From: Dipteris shenzhenensis
Lineage: Eukaryota
Length of the DNA stretch: 64,000 nucleotides
NCBI GenBank assembly: GCA_047967505.1
Contig: CM106538.1
Direction: 5' to 3' (one strand)
In this document: positions 24,500 to 37,530 of the stretch, piece by piece
How the letters are laid out: every line of letters begins with the position of its first letter
How positions within the stretch are numbered: the stretch's first letter is position 1
Program-made: the position numbers and the translations under genes
Notes under the pieces: generated by a model
The model's input: only the letters and a program-made list of their open reading frames with translations
The model's database searches: none
Told to the model about the DNA's origin: nothing

Positions 24500-25960
24500 T
24501 TACTGCCAAGCTGATCTCTTCAATTGGGAGTTCTTGCCCATTAGACCACAAACATGGCTTCAATATGTGCCTTGCTGCAAGGCTACCTACATCTCCCAAC
24601 TCTTTTCTTTCTACCTCAGGAAACCAGGCAGATGCCATCAGAGGAATCGGCTAAGCCACTTTACACAAACCTCTAGGCGTAACTGCTTCATGAGGAATCA
24701 CGTCCATGAGCAACCATTCCACTACTCCCACTGATGGAGGCCGTATTTTAAAAGCCAATGCTATACACACCTCCTGATGGCAATGCTAGCAATACGCATA
24801 CCCATTGTGACCATCCTTTATCCAATGAGAGGACCCGATCATCTCTCCATGCATAATTCAAACCCCAGACGACGACCTTCCCATGGATCTGACAGCGGTC
24901 ATCCCAAATCAATATAGATGTAATATACTCGTGTCATTTGCCAATCACAGCCCCACCCTGAGGTTGAAAACTAAGCTACCCTGATGCTGGCACTCGTAGC
25001 GTTAATCAATTCCCTAGCCTAGTATCCCTTCAAGGGATGTAAACATATGAGCCAGCTGACCCACTGTAGCAACTAATGATATCGGTCTATCATCCCAGTT
25101 TTGGCCAGCTGAAATATCACTTGCCCAGCTACAGCTGATACTGCTGTATTCCAAGAACCCACGTGGACAAACCCATCTGCCCAGCCACTGGGCCAACAGT
25201 AAAGGGATAGAAGACAGGAAAAAGACAAAGTTCGACATATACAAAGCTCCATATAACAGTCTGTCTTCAAAAAGGCATGTCCCCACGGGATCTAAATCTG
25301 CAAAGCTATGGCACAACAGCTGCTTCAACTCTGCTTCCTAGGGGGGAGAAGACCTTGTATGCAAAGCTTGAAACGATACTGAATTTCAAACATTCATGTG
25401 TAAAGTCAATACTTGCAAAGTGGAAGTTGGTGATATCACAATCCCCATGTCTCTAGTGCGCTCCAGACTCAAGAGTGAGGCGCAAGATCCCAACCACATA
25501 ACATTGAGACTTGAGACTGTACACTATGTGATTTGCAAGAGGTGGAGACCGAAATTCGTGTGTTGATGAGATGCCCTAACGACTACCATATGCGAGGCCG
25601 ATACTTAGTCCTGAAATGCCAAATTTTTGACCACATGAACTCATGTTAATGCTGCCCTCCTTGTGTAAAATATTACATAGACATAGGCCACACGAAACAT
25701 TGACCCCTAACAGCAGACACTTCACAGGACCAAAAAGACAGCCCATTTGTCGGAGATCCTAGACTCAAAGGAGGCTTTGAGTTGTCGCCCGATCCGAGGA
25801 AGCCTCATAGCAGCATCATGGCACAACCCCATCTCAAGAAGCCCACATACCAATCAAACAGTAGACCTTCAACACATTTCAGGGACAACAAGATATTCAT
25901 TGAAAACCCAACAGAGCCTACACAGTGCTCAGTTCACTGAGCTTGAAACTCAACCATACA
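24500..25960 (-). mobile_element. Degraded L1-like LINE 3' ORF2 remnant
   Basis: Trp-rich fragments and a residual C-x2-C (AYC*HCHQEV) resembling the zf-RVT region, with many stops. Confidence 0.3.
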
Positions 25961-26117
25961 TCTTCAATGTACCTTGATTTTTAACTTCAATTTTCTTTCA
26001 ATACATAAATGTGTGCTCGATACCTCTACCTCCCCTAATGATCATATGATGTAATATTGGATACTCCCTCCATCCCCCCCCCCCCCTCTCTCTATCTCTC
26101 TCCCCCCCCCCTCCCCC

Positions 26118-28231
26118 AGACTCTCTACGGACTCTACATCGATGAGAGCAGTGTTGACACAGCATGGTATGCACGGATATCCACATGGCCCCTTTTCGTA
26201 CAGCATGGATGCACCACCCAAGATGATCCCACGAGATGAGATCAACCGTATCATACTGTTGGACCTCCTCCAACTCCATACATCTAGGGCTTGGGGGGGA
26301 GAGGAGTTCCCCACCAAGATCCAATTCCACCATGACCACTTCTTGAAGGTCTCAAAGCATGGTCTCGATACCTCAACGACAGGAGAGTCTCACATGCACC
26401 GAGGATTGCCATCCGGTAGTTGTGAGTCTCATCATATCAGCGGTAGGGAGAGTTGCAGGCATACCCAGAGAGCAGAAGATCTGCAGACTATGCCGAATGG
26501 GGGAGATCGAGACAGAGGAGCACTTTTATGTGTCTGCCCAGTCTACTATGAAATCCGAGGGCAATATCACTGCCTCTTTCAGGAGGGGCATGGCTTTGGT
26601 CCGCTTACACGGTTCATCCATTTTACTAACCACGTTTGTGTTGGGCTCTATCTAATTGAGATGCGACGACAGAGAGGTATATTGATGCAACAGAACAGAG
26701 AGCAACAGGGGGCGATGCATTAAGGGAGATTTGGGGTCTCAAAAGGGCCTCATAAGGAAATAGATTAAGTAATTAGAAATGAACCTACTATGGTAACCCA
26801 TTGGCTAAGGGACCCGTAGCATTGACTCAACTGACATGGGTACCTTTATTTTGAAATTGGGCAACCTTGGCCTTTGGATGAAGGTGATGGTGCATAGATC
26901 AAAGGTCTAGGATGACTTTAGTGGATGGTGGATGCACTTTGGTGGGCTCCAAAAGGCGAAACTTGACTTTGGGGAGGCCTCATTAAGAGGGGAAAGGTGG
27001 GTTTTAATATGGGCCCTTGATTCAAGTCCAAGATCAATGGATGAGATAGAGGGACCTAATGGAGGGTGGGGATTCAAGCGCATTTTGTAGGGCTAGGATT
27101 GAAGCGCATTTTGGATGGCTTAGATTGCTCACTTTCAAAATAAAGGGCCCGGATTCTCAAGCGCCTTTTCCCCTCATCTCATCCCTTGATCTACTTCCAA
27201 ATCTAGACCCAGATTGAAGCACCATTTGCACTCATCTCCTCCCTTGGATCTACTAGTAAATCTATGGCTCATATTGAAGCGCATTTTCCTCTCATCTTGT
27301 CCATTAGATCTTTGTGTTGATCAAGGGTGGAGCTTTCATTCTTCTATCCTTTGATGGTATCCCTTAGATCTACCCCTTGATCTAATGGCTAGGAGTGCTT
27401 TACCTCAAATTTGAATGTATCCCTTGGATTGAAGATTAGATCAAAGGCTGGGAGTGAAGATCATAGGTCCAAACTCTTGGTTAGAGGTCTCCACACAATT
27501 AAATGCTTTTGTCAACTTCAACATGGCATTGCCCCACACCTTAGAGCACTCTCATTGATACATCTCAAATTGCTCTCTAATCCCTTGAAATTAGGAAACA
27601 GTAATTAGGGGCCCTTTTGGACCCCAAATCTCCCCTAATGCCACAGGTCCCCGAGATCGACAGAGCATAGACACGTGTTGCAGATTTCTATGCATCTGAG
27701 TTAGCTACCGAGGAAGCTGAGGGAGAGGAGCTTGATGAAATAAAAGCATCATGGGTTAGCAGTGACAGTCTCCGCCACGATGTTGCATACGAGAGACACA
27801 CACTCCACATGCTACACGGAGAGTGACCAGAGCATGCACGAACGAGGTTCGGCCTATTTCAACCCTCCTCAGAGGAGACCGCAGAGACGAGGCGTCACTC
27901 TTGACGTAGTCCATCGGATACAGAGATCGAGGAGACCACGCCCTCCACCGCATCGAGAGATAGCTCAACAGACGCAAATACGAGAGCTACTCACATCCCA
28001 TCAAAGAGCCACCAAGGTACCTCGATATATGGAGCATGGCCGTGCGTTAGCTTTGAGCACCTGATACTCTTCCATTGTTTTGCTACTCTGCTATTTTGCT
28101 TACTAGTTTAGCACTTTAGCTTTCAGCAAGGGCCTTAGTAAGCCCTTTCCTTCAGTCCATAGCGGCTTGTACGAGTTACCTTTTGGTTTTGTACTTTGTC
28201 TCATAGGCCCACAAAGCCTCCTGCAGACGTT

Positions 28232-28236
<5 letters not shown>
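26118..28236 (+). mobile_element. 5'-truncated, internally deleted copy of the CT-associated LINE, interrupted by a MITE
   Basis: Homologous to the 30889-36222 LINE: TLYGLYIDE fused to DTAWYA, then GIPREQKICRLCRMGEIETEEHF. It ends in the shared 3' terminus followed by (CT)n. Confidence 0.85.
26724..27635. mobile_element. Non-autonomous PIF/Harbinger-like (Tourist-type) TIR element, ~912 bp
   Basis: TIR GGGAGATTTGGGGTC(T)CAAAAGGGCC at both ends. TAA at 26721-23 and 27636-38. It interrupts LINE coding sequence that resumes after it. No ORF. Confidence 0.8.
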
Positions 28237-28280
<44 letters not shown>

Positions 28281-28283
<3 letters not shown>

Positions 28284-28921
28284 GCGTCATCCTTGGGCAG
28301 AGGTACTGTGGCAGAAACGGTGTTTAATTCTAGATCAACAATGCAAAGCCTATCCGATGGGCAAAATAATTTGCAAGCATCTCAACCTAGGTGGTATTTA
28401 CTGGCGTTCAAAGTGGCACACCCATCCCATAAGTTCTTGTTTACATAACACAATTGGGAGCATGTTTTTTATGGTTATGCATAACACTAGTGGAAAAACG
28501 GTGCATAATGCATGATCGGCATGCAAAGCATATCCAATGGGAACAATACTTTGAATACAACTCAAACTAGGTGGTATTGAGTTGCATGCAATGTGGCGTG
28601 CCAATCTGATTTGTACTTATTGGAATGACACATCTAGGACATCGTTTTTTCATGCTTGTGCATGACGCTAAGGCAAAAAATGGTGTTTAATGCCTTGTCG
28701 ACCATGAAAATCATATCCAATGGGCTCAATACTTTGCACAAGCCTTCATCCTAGTGGTATTGACCTACATGCAAAGTGTCACACCCATCCCATAAGTAGC
28801 TGTTTGGATAACACACCTGGGAGTATTAATATTTGGTTTCATAGGCCCCCACCCTTACGTTTCACTATATTTGGTTTCTTTTCGATCTCAATAGACCCTT
28901 TGGTCTTTCATAGGCATTAAT

Positions 28922-28924
<3 letters not shown>
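28281..28924 (+). mobile_element. Non-coding unit with three ~181-bp tandem monomers and a LINE-type 3' terminus
   Basis: Monomer landmarks GG(C)ARAAAYGGTG at ~28310, 28492 and 28672. It ends ATAGACCCTTTGGTCTTTCATAGGCATTAATAAA and is bounded by (CT)n on both sides. Confidence 0.7.
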
Positions 28925-28968
<44 letters not shown>

Positions 28969-28971
<3 letters not shown>

Positions 28972-30874
28972 GCAGGTTTCTGGAGACAACACTCCACACT
29001 AGACCACATCTTCACCCTGAGGACTATCAATGAGGAGGTGAGGTCGAGACACCAGAAAGTCTACGCTTGTTTTGTAGACTTTCGGAAGGCCTTCGACACT
29101 GTCCCGCGATCCCGCATGATCAGGAGACTACAGGATATGCAGACTCCAAAGGTTCTGATCTGGAGAGTGGTGAGCCTATACGAGTCCGTCAAAGGGAGAG
29201 TTCATGCCCCAGGAGGCCTATACAAACTAGGTTGAGAGCACGATTGGGGTAAAGTAGGGATGCCCTCTCTCACCGACTCTCTTCGGGTTCTACATTGATG
29301 AGATCACATCTTTCATAGACCGCCTAGGAGGCAAGGGAGCACCACTAGCTGACTTGATGATACAGATTCTACTATACGTGGATGACATAGTCTTCATGTC
29401 ATCTTCGACAGAGGGACTACAAAGACATCTAGATGCCCTAGAGGTGTTCTGCAGAGAGAGAGCCCTGATGGTTAACCTTGGGAAGACCAAGGTCATGATC
29501 TTCAACACCTCTTACACAGTGCTTCACCGATAGTCTTACATACCAGAGTCAACTAGTGGACATTGTGCAATCCTACACATACTTGGGTGCAATTTTCGCA
29601 GGGCAAGTTTTCACGATGACCCACGTAGTCAAAGCATGACTCACACGAGGGTACGGTGCTTTGGCCCGCCTAGAGCGACAGTGCTTCCAAGCGCACTTCC
29701 AAGATCCACCTCGACAAAGTTTGGAACCTACCTCGCAAAAGACTTTCGAGACTGGCACTAGAGTCTTCCATATGACTAGTAGAGAGTGGGGTCGGTACAG
29801 CATGGTATGCACACATCACCGCATGGTTTGCCAGTCACAGCATTCAAATGGTGGGCTGACTTCCCCCGTTTCAGTATTATGCACCGCCCGAAGTGATCCC
29901 AGCATCATACGGTTAGATCTCCTTGAGCTCCACACATCTCGCACTTGGGAGGGAGACCAAGAGTTCCCCACCAAGACCCAGCTCTACTATGACCATTTCC
30001 TGAGAGTATTACAGGATGGGCTCATCATTAGACCTCAGTATCTCGAGAACAGAGAAGTCTCACACGCGCTGAGGATTGCCATCGGACAGATGCAGGTCTC
30101 GCCCCATCAACTGAGAATCGAGGTAGGGAGAGCTGCAGGCATACCCAGAGAGCAGCGGACTTGCAGGTTTTGCATTATGGGGGCGGTTGAGACAGAGGAG
30201 CATTTTCTATGTGTCTGCCCAGCCTACTATGAGATCTGAGGGCACTACCATTGCCTTTTTCGAGAGGGGTACGGCTTTGGCCCACTCTCACGACTGATCC
30301 ACTTCCAGGATTTCTAACTCAGGCTCCAGGGCACTCTAGGGTAGAGGAGGAGGAGCTAGCCAACATGAGAGATGTATGGATTGGTGGAGAGAGCCGACAC
30401 AGCACTGCTGGCACTGCTGGACGAGAGACACAGAGACCGTACATGACACGATAGGCGACCACAGCACACACGATCGAGGTTCGACCCATTTTAGCTCTCC
30501 TCAGGGGAGGTCGACCGGGGCGAGGCGTCACCCTTGATATAGCCTATCGGATCCAAAGATCGAGGAGACCACGCCCTCCATCACCATGCAAGACAGCCCG
30601 ACAGATGCAGTTACATGAGCTCTTTGCATCTCATCAAAGAGCCACCATGGAGTCTGGATACGTGGAGCTAGTTCATGCACTTGAGACTCTAGCTCTGAGT
30701 TTCATGCCACCCTCATGCTATTTTGCTCCTTTTTTGCTATTTTAAACTAGTATAGCATTTTAGTACTCAGCAAGGGCCTTAGTGAGCCCTTTGCCCTGGT
30801 CCACAGTGGTCTGTATGAGTTACTTGATTTCGTACTTTGTCCCATAGGCTCACGAGGCCTCCTGCAGACGTTAA
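28969..30874 (+). mobile_element. 5'-truncated copy of the CT-associated LINE (RT to 3' end)
   Basis: Starts right after (CT)n at AGF..QHSTLDHIF. Contains CFVDFRKAFD, LLYVDD and a CCHC motif, then the shared 3' UTR and terminus. Confidence 0.9.
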
Positions 30875-31139
30875 TCTCTCTCTCTCTCAGCTCTGCTCAG
30901 CTGCCCTCAAGCCTGCTGCTAGCCTTAGGCTAGTACTGGGTATCCCTACAGTCCATTGGCCCCACTCGAGGCTCCAACAAGCCCTCATGGCCTAACTCCA
31001 CAGCTCCGCATCAGCTACAGGCGACCTGCAATACACCAAGATCAAGAAAGGCCCGCAATCAAGGGGAAAATGGAAGGGATCCTGTGCAAGAATGTAAGAT
31101 CAATATTTCTCTACAAGCTCTTCAACTCTATTTTGCACT

Positions 31140-32141
31140 ATGCCTGCACGAGGGTGTGTGGAGGACATTTGGGGAAAACAAGCCTTGGAATCTGCTCTGA
31201 CAGCCCTCTCGAATGGGACAGCCCACAAAGGTACCACTGAAGTGCTCACATGCCTCAACAAAATATGTCTCGTGCTAATTGAAAAAATAGACAGCCTAGA
31301 GGCCACAAATGTGGCCTTATTGGCTGAAAAATCCCATGTTGACAAGACCCTTGCTGAGTTTAAAAAACAGGGAGGGAAAATACAAGAAGAATGGAGGAAA
31401 GAAAAGGCCAAGAAAGAGGACTGGGAACAAGGAAAAACAGAATGGATTAATGAGAAGGTAAAGCTCCAAGATAAGATGCATTCACTGGGTGTTGAACCAC
31501 AGCAAATGAAGGATATGCAAATGCCTTCAGAGGGGAGTTGTAAAGCCATGGAAATACTCAGAACAGAGAATGCAGCTCTCAAAAAAGAGAGGGCCGCGAT
31601 GCAGGCCACGATGATTGGGAAACATGCTGAGATCACACAACAACTCAATAAAGGGAAAGAAGAAATGCTTGAATGGATAGCAGTGGTTAAAAAGGGATCA
31701 GTTGCACCCAAGAAGCAGTTTATCTATGAGACTCTAGAGGAAGAGAAAAGGAGATCCAGCAAGGTCTTGAATGTGCTTGTAAGGGGCTTGACGGTGGGAG
31801 ATACCCCAATGGCAGATGCCCAAGTTTTGTTCACTAAAATGGGGGTTAATCTCACATGCGAGACAGCTTGGAGAGTAGGTAAAGCTGAAACACCAATGAG
31901 ACCCTTAGTACTGAAATTCCGGAATGCCATGGATAGGTCCACCATTATGAGCATGAGAGCAGCATTGAAAGGGACCAGAATATATTTGGATGATGATCTA
32001 ACCCTCCTACAGCAGGAGCACAAAAGGGAGGGAATGGTACGGGTAATGACAGCAAGGGAGGCAGGAAAATGGGCTGTATATAGAGATGGTAAAGTCATTA
32101 TCCGCGAGAGACCAGCCAGGGAAGAGAAGGAAGATGGGTAG
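31140..32141 (+). CDS. LINE ORF1 (coiled coil + RRM-like + C-terminal domain); the true start may be frameshifted upstream
   Basis: 333-aa ORF with a coiled-coil region, NVLVRGL, RPLVLKF and LKGTRIYLDDDLT..Q. Confidence 0.8.
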   Translation: MPARGCVEDIWGKQALESALTALSNGTAHKGTTEVLTCLNKICLVLIEKIDSLEATNVALLAEKSHVDKTLAEFKKQGGKIQEEWRKEKAKKEDWEQGKTEWINEKVKLQDKMHSLGVEPQQMKDMQMPSEGSCKAMEILRTENAALKKERAAMQATMIGKHAEITQQLNKGKEEMLEWIAVVKKGSVAPKKQFIYETLEEEKRRSSKVLNVLVRGLTVGDTPMADAQVLFTKMGVNLTCETAWRVGKAETPMRPLVLKFRNAMDRSTIMSMRAALKGTRIYLDDDLTLLQQEHKREGMVRVMTAREAGKWAVYRDGKVIIRERPAREEKEDG

Positions 32142-32165
32142 TTATGATGGTGTCGGACCAATGGG

Positions 32166-35100
32166 ATGAATGCACATAATGAACTCAAGATGGCAGTGTG
32201 GAACTGTAATGGCACACTCTGGTCTGACCCACGAGGATTCTCGGAGACATACACTGGGAGAGACATGATCTTTTACACCGAGACACATGAGAGTCCAGAG
32301 AGAGGACTGCCCACTGTGGCAGGATATACATGGGAGTCAGCTCACCGGAAGGAAATGAGGGGAGACAATGGAGTGCATGGCTCCGGAGGAGTGGCCATCC
32401 TCTTCAGATCACATTTGAGACCCCTCATTTCAGTGGTTCGGAGAGAGGAACACACGCAACATATGTGGGTCCGTGTCCAAATACTTGATGCCCGACCAAT
32501 CTACATGGCAGTGTGCTACATTCCCCCAGTATGCACACGCAGTCACTACGAAGGGACACAGCCCATATGAGACGATACATGATGATCTCATTGAGTTCTC
32601 CAAACTAGGAGACAACCTCCTTCTTGGTGACTTCAATGCACGCACAGGTGACAGGCAAGTGGGCCTACTTGACTTTACATCAGACTCTCTCATAGTACCA
32701 GAACTAGACACTGCAGATCTTGGCACAGTGAGACACTCAGCGGATGCATCACACGTGACAGGATACGGCCGGCATCTACTTGACCTGGGGGCTATCCATG
32801 ACCTAATCATATATAATGGCCTACAGAGATGGCCATTATTTGGTGGGTTCACTTGTTTCCCACATGGCGGAGGTACTAGTACAGTGGATTACATACTCGG
32901 TCCCCTATCCTTCACCTCACGCGTACACGACTTTGTTGTGCCCCCTGCCCCACTAGGTGCTGACCACTCATACCTATCCTTCAGTATTTCCACCACTACG
33001 CCAGTCACATGGAGAGCCCCCCCCACTCCCACTTGTGTACAGGTCCACTTTGACCGGACCCTTGACCCCATTTACGTGAGCCATTTGGCACAGGAGCTCC
33101 CGGGTTTACTACTTGGGGACGAGGTAGACCTCACCCATGCATCAGACACCCTTGCCATAGTGGTCACGGACGCAGCTATCAGATCTTTCCCTATGACTCG
33201 GCCTAGGCACGTTTCAGTAGGAAAGATGCCTCAAAACCCCTGGTATGATGATGAGTGCAAAGAGATGAGAGCTCACCTCACACGTGAGTAAGCCCTTGGC
33301 CACTTGACACCACCTGAGGCACAAAGGATCTCACAACGGCTGACACGCTACAAGCGGCGGGCTTTCCTCACCCATAGGATGGACGAGGTGATTAGTTCAT
33401 TCAGAGGAGGGGATCCTACTATTGGATGGGGGCTCCTATCGGAGAGAAAGCCGCCTATCCCCATCACAGACCCAAGTGTTTGGCACACATACGCATGCTC
33501 TCTCTATGATGTTCCCATGCAGGCACCACCTGATATGTCCACTATGCCCAGACCCGCCACTTGTCACTTGTTCACTGCACAAAATGTGCGGGCGGCACTC
33601 CGTCGGCTACATAACCGGAGAGCACAGGATCATGAGGGGCTACGAACAGAGCATTTCGCACACGAGCACAAGGTTTTGGCCCCGATCCTAGCACAGATGT
33701 TCAACCACGCCATATGCCACGGCTTTCCATGCTCCTGGAGCACTACCACCATCGTCCCAATACACAAGGCAGGTGACCCCATGGGCACTAGGAATTACCG
33801 CACTATCATGATTGGCCACACTCTAGCCAAGATCTATGGATCTGTAAGAGAGAGAGAGAGAGATCAGCAGTCACACAGAGGCACATGGGCAACGTGCCCT
33901 AGGACGGCAGACAGCATTCCACCCTAGACCACATCTTCACACTGAGGGCTATCATTGAGGAGGCGAGGTCGAGGCGTCAGAAAGTCTATGCTTGCTTTGT
34001 AGACTTTCGGAAGGCTTTCGATACTGTCCCACGATCTTGCATGATCAGGAGACTCCAAGAGATACAAATCCCATAGGTTCTCATTTGGGGGGTGATGCGC
34101 CTATATGAGTTTGTCAGGGGACGAGTTCGCGCCCCAAGAGGCCTATCAGGCTGGGTGGAGAGCACAATTGGGGTGAAACAGGGATGCCCCCTCTCACCGA
34201 CTCTCTTCAGCCTCTACATTGACGAGATCACATCCTTCATAGACTGCCTGGGAGGCGAGGGGTCACCGCTGGCTGATTTGTTGGTACCGATACTACTATA
34301 TGCGGATGACATAGTCCTCTTGTCGTCCTCAGCAGAGGGTTTACAGAGACATCTGGAGGCCCTCGAGGAGTTCTGCACACAGAGAGATCTGACAGTTAAC
34401 CTTGGGAAGACCAACGTTATGATCTTCAACACCTCATACCCAGTGCTCCATCGACATAGCTTCACTTACCGAGGTCAGCCAATAGAGATTGTGCAGTCCT
34501 ACACATACTTGGGTGCAGTTTTCACTAGGCCAGCTTTCACAATGATCCATGCAGCGCGAGCACGCCTCACACGAGAATATGGTACTCTGGCCCGTTTAGA
34601 GCGACGGTGTTTCCAGGCGCACTTCCAGGACCCACTGACGAAGTGCTGTCTTTTCGACACCCTAGTGAGACCAACTGCCATGTATGCAGCACCGTTCTGG
34701 GGGTGTGATATTTCAGCAGCAGAGTGGAAGAGATTTGAGCGGCTACAGATAATCATGGGATCCAAGATGATTCGTAGTAAGCCCTCAGTCCCCCATCAAA
34801 TAGTACAGGCAGAGTTTGCTATGACCCCTCTTCAGATCGATGCCACCTTTCAGACAATGAACTTCCTCCATAGAGTATGGGATCTACCTCGTAAAAGGCT
34901 ACCAAGACTAGAATTGGAATCCTCTATCCGACTGGCAGAGAGTGGGTTTGATACAGCATGGTATGCACACGTCTCTGCTTGGTTCGCCAGTCATGGCATT
35001 CAGATGGACAAGCTCCCTCCTTTTCAGTATAGCATGGATGCACCCCCGGAGCTGATTCCGCGAGATGAGATTAACCGCATCATACAGTTAGACCTCCTCC

Positions 35101-36014
35101 AACTTCACACACTTCGGACTTAGGGCCCCCCAGATTTCCCCACCAAGACCCAACTCTACTATGACCATTTCTTGAGAGTATCGGAGGATGGCCTCATCAT
35201 AAGACCCCAGTATCTTGAGGACAGAGGAGTCTCACATGCACTGAGGATTGCCATTGGACAGATGCTGGTCTCCTCCCATCAGCTGAGGATTGAGGCAGGG
35301 AGAGCTACAGGCAGACCCAGAGAGCAACGGACTTGTATGCTATGCACGATGGGTCAGGTCGAGACCGAGGAGCACTTTCTTTGTATATGTCCCACCTACT
35401 ACGAGATCCGAGGGCGCTACCATTACCTTTTTCAGGAGGGACACGAGTTTGGCCCACTCTCACAACTGATCCACTTCCAGGACTAGGTCTGTATTGGGCT
35501 CTACCTAATGGAGATGTGGAGACACAGAGAGACACTACTGCGACGGATCAGAGAGCAGCAGGATGCGACCACCACGTCACACGACACTGAGGTGGACCGA
35601 GCGTAGAGGCAAGTCACCGACTTCTATGCATTTGAGTTAGCTCCAGGGCACTCGGGAGTAGAGGAGGAGGAGCTAGCTGACATGAGAGATAGATGGGTCA
35701 GTAGAGGGGGTCGACACCACACCACTATTGGACGAGGGTCACAAGGATCTCACATGCGACAAGAGACCAGAGCACACACGATTGAGGTTAGACCTATTTC
35801 AGCTCTTCTCAAAGGCGACCAATAAAGACGTGGCATTGCACTTGACATAACCCATCGGATCTAGAGATCAAGGAGACCATGCCCCCCACCACAGCGCCAG
35901 ACAGCTCGACAGATGCAGATACGTGAGCTCTTTGTGTCACACCAGAGAGCTATCACGGAGCCTAGATACATGGAGCCAGATCATGTTCTTGGAGCATTAG
36001 CCCTGAGCGCCTGA
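32166..36014 (+). pseudogene. LINE ORF2 (AP endonuclease, RT, CCHC, R-rich C-terminal extension), disrupted
   Basis: WNCNG, TETH, GGVAI, LGDFNAR, VDYIL; GVKQGCPLSPTLF, LYADD, YTYLG; SSHQLRIEAGR..R.C..C...ETEEHF..CP.Y. Frameshifts or stops at ~32530, 33289, ~33850 (GA expansion) and 35121. Confidence 0.88.
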
Positions 36015-36221
36015 CATGCCCCACTCATGTTACATACTATTTGGCTTTTCTGGCCAGACTTGATATGATGTACTACATTAGTATTTCAGTTTATGTGTTT
36101 TCTAGTACTCACCGAGGGCCTTAGCGAGCCCTTCACTCCAGCCCACTATGGCTTGTATGAGTTTACTTTGTTTCCGCACTTTTGTCCCATAGGCCCGCGA
36201 GGCCTCCCGCGGATGTTAATA

Positions 36222-36273
<52 letters not shown>

Positions 36274-36330
36274 AACCGATAGACCCTTTGGTCTTTCATA
36301 GGCATTAATAAACCCCCTCCCTCCCTCACT

Positions 36331-36394
<64 letters not shown>

Positions 36395-36396
<2 letters not shown>

Positions 36397-37530
36397 GCAA
36401 CCCGTAGCCCTCCGTCGCGTCAGCCCGCTCTCCCCGTCGCGCAGCCCCGCCCGCTCTACCCGTTGCTCCCGTCGCCTACCCTTTTAGCCTTCTTCTGGTA
36501 CTTTAGCAGCTTTAGCTGCAACTAGCAACGTAGCTAGCTAACTAGGTAGCTGCGCTACTAGCAGCCAGCCAACAGCGCCGCCAGCAGTAGTTCCTTCGCT
36601 CCTCGTTTGTCACTTGTTCTCTGCCCCCTGCTCACCTCGCAACAAGCTCCTAGGGTCTCTGACCCCGAGTTGTGGGCTAAAGCCCCAACCCAACCCGGGG
36701 GTTAGGTTCAGCTAAGGGGTTCTACAGAAATAGCCAATATGGAATGGCCTACCCTCTCCTCCAAATCCCCCTCAACTCCATCAACCTCAACTATCAAGAC
36801 TCGGTACTCTATAGTTGCAGCCATGACACCCTCTGCGTATGCACCCAATTACCAACAAGAAGGGTCCAAACGATCAATCATTGGGCTACATGAGCAGATT
36901 TATTATTTGCAGCAAGTAGTCAAAGAGTTAAGGCTTGAGCTAGTAGAAGTAGAAGCCCGTCTTCAAGTTCTAGAGGGACCTGGCAAGCAAGCAGTAATTG
37001 CTGAGGTTTGTCAACTCATGTAAGAACTCTCCTCCTACTCCTCAACTAGTCTCTACAGTGAAAGATATGGTTCATACCGAGGTACAATCAATCGAGAAAG
37101 AAGTGATTGAGGAGTTCGACACAAAGGCAAACAAGACTGATATCCAAGAAGAGATCAAACAACACGAAGCCAGACGCGATAATGCATTGAAGATTAGAGT
37201 GGGAGGCCTCCCTGAAGAATGGTTCAAAGATGATGACTCTTTTAGGGAGACTTTAGCACATGTCAAAGCAGCCATGCCTAATGATGATGATAATGATGAT
37301 GATGACGAAGCAACTAATATCCGCCACTCCAGAGGACATTCTATCCTTACACTTTAGTTGCGAGATCTACGGATCAAGCTTCTTCGACAATCTTACCAGT
37401 TGAAAGTGACCAAGATATGGATAGCTCAAGAACTTACACGAGCTCAATTGAAGAATAAGGCAACGGAATTAGCTAAAGTCGGGGCTGCTAGGCAAGATGG
37501 AAAATGGACAGTTTAATGTGAAGGCATAGC
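36395..37530 (+). mobile_element. ORF1-only non-autonomous LINE-like element, 5' part (split by the gypsy insertion)
   Basis: Follows (CT)n. Degraded ORF from ATG 36823: HEQIYYLQQ..KIRVGGLPE..LKVTKIWIAQELT..GKW. It continues at 51350. Confidence 0.75.

Larger units (their letters stand above)
30889..36222 (+). mobile_element. Near full-length non-L1 LINE (RTEX/CR1-L2-like): ORF1 + APE-RT ORF2, flanked by (CT)n
   Basis: ORF1 and ORF2 motifs are listed in the next two features. The 3' UTR has hairpins and ends TTAATACA + (CT)n. There is no poly(A). Confidence 0.9.

Noticed and set aside
26718-27640. CACTA-type interpretation of the TIR element (CATTA...TAATG)
   Set aside because: The 3-bp flanks ATG and CCA do not match. 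A TAA duplication with GGG..CCC ends fits PIF/Harbinger better.
36650-36722. HDV-like ribozyme in the 5' region of the ORF1-only element (..GCTAAGGGGT)
   Set aside because: It is hairpin-rich, but I could not fit P1.1/P3-L3/P4 convincingly and it is not seen in the second copy. An RNArobo or Infernal search would settle it.
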